DNA of 64,000 nucleotides from Prorocentrum cordatum (taxonomy: Eukaryota). Positions 1 through 64,000 of the stretch are shown piece by piece. The stretch spans positions 310,001 through 374,000 of the forward strand of contig CAUYUJ010000081.1 in the NCBI GenBank assembly GCA_963575745.1, given 5' to 3'. The notes under the pieces were generated by a model, which did no database searches, was not told the origin of the DNA, and saw only the letters and a program-made list of their open reading frames with translations. Each line of letters begins with the position of its first letter. Within the stretch, counting starts at the first letter, position 1. The position numbers were made by a program, and so were the translations under genes.

Positions 1-311
1 AAAAGATTCGAGAAGGCCGTTATGCCTGACTCCTGGATCTGCTCAGACTGATCCCGAGCTTCGGTTTGATGACTGCCCACCATCGTTGCTCCACTGCGAA
101 CTCCTACACTTCCATGATCGAGGCAACTCGCCTGGGCCTCGTTTCTAAATGGGTTGATGGGGATACGCGAAGCATTGAGAATATGGAATTTGAAGGCGCT
201 CCGCTGACAAAGTCTGACTGAATAAAAGAAGAGCCTGTAACTTCGATATGCTCTCACCCGACGTGATCAAATATGTTTGCATCGCCGCCTCTGCCCCCAA
301 CAGGCAGGAAC

Positions 312-53669
<53,358 letters not shown>

Positions 53670-53699
53670 CTAGCGGCGGCGGCAGATCCACAAACTGGC

Positions 53700-53721
53700 A
53701 TGCACACGCACGCACGGACGC

Positions 53722-53754
<33 letters not shown>

Positions 53755-53755
53755 A

Positions 53756-53786
<31 letters not shown>

Positions 53787-54067
53787 CATCACACACACAC
53801 ACACACGCACACACACACACACGCACACACGCACACACACACGCACACACACACACACACACACGCACGCACACACACACCACACACACACACACACACG
53901 CACACGCACACACACACACACACACACACTCACACACACACACACGCACACGCACACGCACACACACACACACACATACACGCACACGCACGCACGCAAG
54001 TACACACGCACGCACGCACGCACGCACGCACGCACACACACGCACACAGACACACACGCACACACGC

Positions 54068-54104
<37 letters not shown>

Positions 54105-54117
54105 CGCGCGCACACAC
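53700..54117. repeat. (CA/CG)n array, inverted relative to 51324-53550
   Basis: Direct reading. Confidence 0.95.
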
Positions 54118-54699
54118 TCCTGGTGCCATCCTCTCCAGGGGAAACACAGGATGGCACAACGAACGATGACGATGCTGATGATGATGATGGTGATGATGGT
54201 CATGATGGTGATGATGATGACGATGACGACGATGATGATGAAAATTATGATGGTGATGTTGATGTTGATGTTGATGATGATGATGATGCGGGTGGTGCTG
54301 ATGCTGGTGCTGATGCTGATGATGCTGATGATGATGCTGATACTGATGATGGTGATGATGATGATGGAAGTAATCCTGATCGTGGTGCTGATAATCATGA
54401 TCAGGGTAATACTACGAACAATGAGAAAATGAATATGCATGGTCAGACTAATGATAGTAGCACCAATAGTAAACAGAAAACTACTGACCATAAAATTGAC
54501 AAAATGAATAACCATGCTAATAACAGTCCGCCGGTCCCCTTGTGGGGCCATCAGGCTGCGAGGATGAAGGCTGCAGTACCCTGCACCAGTTCCAGTTTCA
54601 TGTTTCCAATGTTACAGTCCTGCTTTCTGCTTCCTCATGTAAATTGTTGAAGTCAGCACGAGGGGGGAGCCCAAAAGAACTAATGTACCACCCTCGGAT

Positions 54700-55240
54700 C
54701 GCGTGCACTGAATTCCCGGGGGAGCGTGAGACAAATAAAAATACTTGAGACTCACGCCCCCGAGGCCATATCCATCGTATATTACTCAATGATCGCGTCC
54801 CCGAGGCCAGCAACCCTCGTAACTTACATGAGGTCCTCGAGTCAACAAACCCTTGCAAAGAAGTGGTCACGTCTTCGAGACCATCAACCCTCGCAAAGTA
54901 TACAATTCTTGCGCCTCGAATCAACAAACCGTCGTCGATTACTCAAGTATTGCGTCCCCGAGGTACGCAACAGACCCTCCTAAACTACGCAAGATTCGCT
55001 TCCTAGAAGCCAGAATCCCTCGTTAATTATACAGCATGCATCCTGAAGCCACAACCCCTGGAAATTGCTCAATATTCGCGCCCCCGAAACCAACATCCCG
55101 TGTAAATTACACACTAGTCGCGTCCCCGAGGCAACAAACCCTCGCAAATCGCTCAATCCTGCTGCCCCCGAGCAACACCCTTGCAAATTGCTAAAAGGCT
55201 CACGTCCACGAGCCCGTAAACCCCCGCAAACTACGCCGTA
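54700..55240. repeat. Degenerate ~40-bp tandem repeat (cgcgtccccgagg..caaaccctcgtaaattac)
   Basis: Motif recurs at about 54755, 54794, 54952, 55077, 55119, 55165. Confidence 0.65.
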
Positions 55241-57286
55241 TTCGTATGGCCGAGACCAAGAGTGCTTCAAGGCGCCCGAAGACGGCCCATGAGGGCCTCA
55301 AGAGGCTCCAGGAGCGATCCAAGAGGCCTCCCGAGAGAGCCCCAAGAGTCCAAAGTCGCTGTGGTTACAAAAGTGTTTGAAGAATGTTGGGGTTTTCGCA
55401 TTTTCGGCTTTCCGACGCTCCTAGATGGCTCAAGAAGCTCCCAAGACCGCCCCAACACATCCCGAGACGCCTCCAAGAGGGCCTCAAGGCGGCCCGAAGG
55501 GGCTCCAAGATGGCCCAAGAAGCGGTGCGAGAAGCCCCGGGAATGCCCTGGGAGGCCACAAGAGGCCACAAGAGGTGCCCAAGACGCGCCAAAGATGCCT
55601 CCAAGAGGCCCAAACGATACCCCACGTGGCCCCAAGAGGCCCCCAAGAGGCGTCGAAAACCCTCTCTCAGGGGCCCCCGAAAGGCCCCCCACGACACCCC
55701 AACACATATACAAGAGGCCTCGGACCCACAGCCCAGACACGGTGGCGGGATGGGCCGAAGGCCGCTAGAATATCGCCAACGTCTCAACATGCGTTGATGA
55801 TCCCTATCCGTCCCCGCATGATGTTCCCAGATGCGCCAAGGCAGCGCCGAAGCGCACCGACGCGACTCTGGTAGATCCCATGATGATAGAGAGAAACCGG
55901 CGGCAGGGGGCGAAGCCCTTTTATGCTTTATGATGGCAATAGCACATCCCCAAAACATATATGACAATCGCAATGAGTATGCTGATGATTCTGCTGAATG
56001 CAAGAATGATACTGTTGATGATGATGACGATGAAGATGATGATGATGATGATGATGATGATGCTGATGGTGATGATGATGATGCTGCTGATGATGGTGAT
56101 GCTGTCGATGATGACGATAATATGATGGTCATGTTGTCGATGATGATGGGGGTGATGGTGATGGCGACGGCTGTAGCGATGACAATGGTGATGGTGATGG
56201 TGATGATGATGTTGAGGATGATAATGCTGATACTGATGGTACTGATGATGATACTGATACTGATACTGATGATGATGACGATGATGACAGTGATGATGAT
56301 GATCCGGCAACGTGCCTTCAGCACGTAGGGGAGTGCCCCATGGCCCCTGCAGCCCTGAGAAGGTCAAGAGCTCAAACGTTCTTGAAGGGCCAGGGCCCCC
56401 GGATTCCCAGGCGCCGGCGGGCCCTCCTGGGCGTCACTGGGGTGTCGCGTGGGCCTCTCGGACGGCGACCCCGCCAAACAGGGCCCAAAAATAAGCGCAG
56501 AGGGCCACGGAAAGACTCCAGAGTGCCCAAGAAGCCTCCGAGACGGCCGAAGAGCTTTCCCATATGCCCAAGATAGCCTCATAACGCCTCCAAAGGTCCA
56601 CCACGCGCCTCAATGGAGCTCCAAGAGGAGCCTCCAAGAGAGCCCCGCGAAACAAAAACCGGCCCATTCCCTTCAGAAAACGCACAGTTTGGGCTTCGTC
56701 GCCTTCTTGGTCATAACAGCGCCCAAGTCGGCCCAGGAAGCCTCCACGGCCGCCCCGACACGGCCCCAAAGGCCCCCAAGATCGCCCCAAGAAGGCCCCA
56801 GAGGCCCTTTTTTTTCTTTCTTTCTAGCTCATGAGAACCAGATCCGAAGGAGAGCAGTGGCCACGCAGAATCTAAGCGAAATGCGAAGCGCTCTTAGCTG
56901 CCCACGGGGTTGTTCCCTGAGGAGGCTCAACCTACGAAGTCGACGTAAATTGCGAAAAGATAAGGTCCACTCTCGGCCAGATGCCGCACGGGCCCCGCCA
57001 GCGCAAGCCCGATGCACGCAACGCCCTGAAGGCCCGGCTGGCCTCAGGCACGCGGACCCTTGCCTTTGCTGGGACCTTTGCCTCTCGAGCGACCAGTTTT
57101 CCCCTCGCCCCCTCCACGCGGCCCCCTAGGGGCATCTACTGTCGGAGGGCCGTCCAAAAAGTCCGGGGGGCCAGGAACTGCCCGCTGCGCATTCGGACTT
57201 TCAGTGGGAGAGGGGGGGGGGGGGGCCGAAGACGAGGGCGGAGGAGCAGAAGGAGCAGGGGGGGAACAAAACCTCTTGACCTCAGC

Positions 57287-58143
57287 TCAGCCAAGCGCGA
57301 ACTCGTCTGTAGAACTCTCGGGGCCCTTTCTACTTCCTCGCGTGCTCGCCCACGTACTGAGGACCCGCTCGAGCGGGCCGCGCGGTGGAGCGCCCGCCAG
57401 CCTCTTGCCGCCCTCGAACTCCACGAGCTTGATGAGCCACTGCTGCGCAACCGCGCCGCGCTGGTGGCGAGGGTCCACGTGCCACATCAGCGTGCACATC
57501 GGCGGCGTGCCCTCTTCCTTCTTGCGCACCTTCTCCATGGAGTGCGCGATCAACTGACCGACTGCGTTCGGGCCGCGGCACTTGCTCAGCACCTCGTTGA
57601 AGAACTCGAGCATCTCCGCGCCCAGCTTGGCCTCCTCTGCATGCTTCCGTAGACCCTGCCGCCGCCGTCCTCGTTGCTCCGCGGCCGAAAGCTGCCAGAA
57701 AAATTTGAACGTCAGCCGCGCCCCTTGCCTTGTGATCCTGCTTCTCGCCTGCCGTGCCTTGCGGGCTGCCGAGTCGTCGCTGTACTTTTTGCCTGCTTGC
57801 TGGCTGATCGCCACCACTCCCACCGCGACTGGTAGCCCGTACTTCGCGCACAACAGGGCGCCGAGATCGGCGATGTCATTCGTGTTGGTCAGCGCCAGCT
57901 TCACCGCGGGCAGCGCGATATCGTCCTTGCCGCCTTTGAACTTATTATTGCCCCTTCCCCCCGCCTCGCCCTGCTGGTCTTCTGGTTTGGTGGCGCCGCC
58001 AGCGGTGATGGACTGGCTGAACCACGACGGATGACGAGCTTCGACTCCTGCTCCATCCCTTCGAGCATATATGCTGACTGGTTGACTCCCTGCGGTCGGC
58101 CCAATGCTTCCTGGCAGATGGCTCGACGAGAGATGGCTGCAGG
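57287..58143 (-). pseudogene. Unidentified ORF remnant immediately downstream of the second LINE, possibly the ORF1 of another retroelement
   Basis: Protein-like, non-repetitive reading frame (AVKLALTNTNDIADL...APPRGPLERVL), co-oriented with the LINE. No domain recognised. Confidence 0.4.
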
Positions 58144-58149
58144 GAACAT

Positions 58150-61100
58150 CAAGAGCGCCGCCTTCATGCGCACCGCATAAGCATTTCAACGATCTAGGCA
58201 TGTTGAGAGGAAGTGGGGCACGGGCTGCTTCTGACAGCGCCCACGTTTAAGTGCGCGCGATAAGTGCTGCGCGGCTGTTCTTTGCGAAGCGAATGTTTGA
58301 CGACAGCTGGTGCAAACATTCGTCGGAGTGAAAGCGAAGTAAGAGGATGCGAACCTGATGCGCCGACTTTATGCGCGATAGGTACGGCGGCCTCGTAGGG
58401 AAACCGGCTCCGCATCCAACTGCATTTTTGCTGTGCCTGCACGCGAAGACTTCCGACGGGCCTCGCCCTGGCGGCGGAGCAACGATCGGCGACGAAGCAA
58501 GCTCTTGAAATCCAGGAGGCGGGGCCCGCCTGCCGAACTCTCGACCCCTCAGCCCCGTGAAATCAATCATACAGACATCCCACATCGCTTCCTTGTCGGC
58601 GAAGAGGGCTAAATTCACAGCGAGCGGCTCGATCGCGCAATCTGGCAATAACACTACCGCTCGGCTCAAGTCCGCGGCCATTTGCTGCAGCCACGGTGAG
58701 GCAGATTGGGATGGACATCCTGCTACAATCCGGGGCCTGGCGTCGAACTCAAACTTCCCAAAGGGAGCGACAAGCACCTGGGTGCGATGTTCAGGACGTC
58801 GACCCCAAGTCTGATCAAGCCGAAGACGCCTAATCCTCATGCCCTGGCTACAGGGTAATATTTTCCAGAGCCATAGGATTTGTCGTTAGCGAGGCTCGTG
58901 ATGTGATCCCCCTCATAGTTAGCCGCCTTCCCACCCATTGCTGCTTCCCCCAATCGGCTCAAACACGAGGCCAGGACGTCATAGTCGAATTTTGATAAAG
59001 CGAAACTCCCCAAACCAGAAAGCGAATCATTTTTTAAAATAGGAAGGGGGGAAAACCGCCCCAAGTAGCGCGCCCCCTCCCGCGCAGCCCCCGTCAACTC
59101 AAGACCGCCCGCTCGGATTCCGGCACGTCCGAGATGACCCCGCGGGGCAAGGTGTACAAGATGCCCCTGCTTGCTGGCATTCTGAGCGTAACCACGCATG
59201 GATAAGGCCTCGCCTAAGTCTCTGCCCACGCGCACGAGCCTGTCCACGAGAGAACCTAACGAGTCCCCTGGATCAGCGATTACGCGCTTGTTCAAATCAT
59301 TTGCATATTTCTGAAGTGGAGTATCTACCGCCCAACCCATCCACTCCCCCACCAACAATTTCGATCTGGCACCCCACGCCCTCAATTCCCTTCCCCACGA
59401 TAGAATCGGAAAGCTGAAGGCAACCACGAAGGCAGAGACAATGAACGGGTCGCCCATGCAGGCGCCTTGTCGGGGCCCGACTGAAAGGGCGCCATCTGCT
59501 GCTTCGACTCGAGTCAGATTCCGCCCAAAGCGCTGCATGCAAATCTGGCGGCCCTCTGCCGAATGCATTGATAAGATCGGTCAAACAAGGTGCGCGCGTA
59601 AAACCTCCCCCCCGAAGTCGACGACTCATAAGTTGCGAACACCAAACCGCCTCCCCCCGACGACGCGCTTTGACGCACCCGTAGTCCATGATGGAAGGCC
59701 CCCCTCGTAATCGACGACCGGAGTGCCCCTCACTAACAGTTGGAAGGGCATGAACTACCCGGCGTCCTCGCGGCCCCTTGAGGCCAGATTTTCGCAATCC
59801 AATTGCAGAAATGGTGCGCCAATACAACGGGGCCTGCTGGTGCATCTTGATCTTTGCCAGGCCGACGTCCACCAAAAACTGGAAACTTAAAGTACTCGGG
59901 GGCTCATCAGAAGAGCCGACTCCCGCAACTTGCGGGGCATCCTTTCGCGGCTCGGGCAAGAAGCACATGTTCCACAGCTCTAGCGGGGCGGCCCCAGGGG
60001 GGACCACCTTTCGCTTCTTTGCCCGACTGGTGTGCCATACTATAGCTGAATAATCTGCCTTTGACAACTCAGAAAGATCAGCATCTGGATGCCACTGAAA
60101 GTGCCCATCTTGCTCTTCACGAAGAGAATCCCACTCGACTTGCTGCGCAGCCATGCCACCTTCATGGCCTGGCAAAGTCCAGACCTCGAGCCACTGATGA
60201 GCAGGTAGAGGACCAGGCCGAGTGAGCGCTCCGTCTCTCTTCTTCGGGCCAATCCTCGTTCTCGCTGCCAGGCGCGTAATCCCCATGGCCTCCGCTGCGC
60301 GCCTCTGCTTCCACATGTCGTTCGCCTCGTCCAAAAGCTGCTTCTGACGACGACGTTGAAACTGCCTGCGCGCTGTCTTCAGCTGCTTGGTCAGGCCGGC
60401 TAGGTCCGAGTCGATCTGCTGCACCTCGCCTTCGCTGCCTTCGAACTTCCCTGCTCTGATCTCTGTTCGCTGCTGTAACAAACGTCGACAAGCAGCACAG
60501 CGTTGCGAATAATATTCACATAGAGGCGGCCGCGAAACCGTAGTAAAAGACTTCTCGCCAGCAGAAATCAAATGCCCCTCCAGGGTCTCGAAGATGTCGT
60601 CTGGAGATGCACTCTCTTTAATTAAGTGCGGGTCCACCGTCTTAAGTGAATCACGCACGCGTTCAAGAAACTCTCGCTTGTGGGTGCACTTCTTCGAGGC
60701 CATCATAAGAGCGCCTCGGTCCCATCTCAGAGCGGTTTCACATTGAACTTCAGGAGAATACTTAGCATAATGCATGACGCACACCAGCGGTAAATGATCA
60801 CGGGGAGCCGCACCACGCTGCAGCTGCAACTTTGCACCCAACTTCGGGAAAGTGCAACAAGTGATGGTCATAACGCTCTTGTCCGCTGGGTAACTGAGGT
60901 AATCCACGCTGGAGCTATATGTGTCACCAAAGAAAGTCGGCGAGCTTCTCCCACCCAACGCGTTGCCAGCTAGAGGCCTATGTTCCTCCAGAACTGCTCG
61001 AAAACAGTGCACCAGCTCCATCATCCGTGCGCTCCAGTGTAGGAATACCGATAGCACCTGAACGCAAATCCACACTGCCCGAGCCTCGCGTCTGTAAACC

Positions 61101-61630
61101 CATCCCATCATTCAAACCACAGAAGATAAACGGTGTTGAACGCGCCGGCGTTTGTGCTAAAATGTCTTGGGGCCAGTCTCTCAAGATTCGTACCGTTCGG
61201 AAATAAGCTCGTTTTTTTTCTGTAGTCGCATACCTCGAGGCGGAAAGCAAAAAGAAACCATAGTTAAATCTTGGCGTCCACGCTTGACTCGAACTGCAAT
61301 TGCTCTCCCACGAGCTTCCTGCGGAGAACACCAGCTGGCCACGATGTGGTCCTCCTTCAAAACCCCGCCGAGCACGATAGCACATCCACAACTTGAGGTC
61401 GCGTGCGGGCTGGGGCCAAAAGGCGCCTCGAGAAGCAATCGTCCTGCTACACGTCGTCGAATATCTGGCTGTCTGTATGGTTCTGGCGGTAGTCGACGGG
61501 CTGCGTTCCTGCAAGAAGCACCGCGTCGAAGTTCCGCAGCTCCGTGACCATCTCCTCATGCCTCGCGCCTGTGCAGCTCTGCGGGTTCCAACCCAAGATT
61601 CGCAATCGATGCATCCGCGCTGAACCGCAT
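58150..61630 (-). mobile_element. Decayed LINE ORF2 (APE endonuclease plus RT), a second family
   Basis: LRILGWNPQS, AVLLAGT, CGLNDG, SSVDYL and RDHLPL (APE). TDLINAF, GACMGDP and KYANDL (RT). Frameshifted; ends approximate. Confidence 0.85.
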
Positions 61631-61719
61631 CCTGCGTGTCTGGTCAAAGAAACGCTCTGGCAGGAGGCAAATCTATGTGGGCAGCTGGCCCACTTGTAAT
61701 TGTGTGCTCGGGCCGACAG

Positions 61720-64000
<2,281 letters not shown>

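Overview
Eukaryotic, GC-rich, repeat-saturated DNA, most consistent with a dinoflagellate. This is an inference from GC/GA splice donors, AG|G acceptors and spliced-leader (DinoSL)-like relics. About 53 kb of the window is the interior of one minus-strand host gene. I could join nine micro-exons (27-106 bp, 576 bp in total) in frame into a right-handed beta-helix (pectin-lyase-fold) protein with GDGINLHG and NTGDD motifs. Its introns hold a full-length but decayed Ty1/Copia element, a decayed LINE, a possible third RT remnant, several MITEs, hairpin satellites and large microsatellites. A second decayed LINE lies upstream of the first exon found. The Copia element (40403-49279, AAAAG target duplication) is the most unusual object. 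Its LTRs end 5'-CA...TG-3' rather than TG...CA. It has a half-tRNAiMet primer site, a DinoSL-like 22-mer in each LTR ahead of a 77-aa ORF coupled to gag by TAATG, and a cytosine-methyltransferase-like domain between integrase and RT. Its 5' LTR was hit by a ~355-bp AAAT-specific element that lacks terminal inverted repeats, and a second copy of that element inserted, inverted, into the first. Almost all long ORFs in the supplied track are artefacts of simple repeats. All alignments and counts were done by eye; no searches were run.
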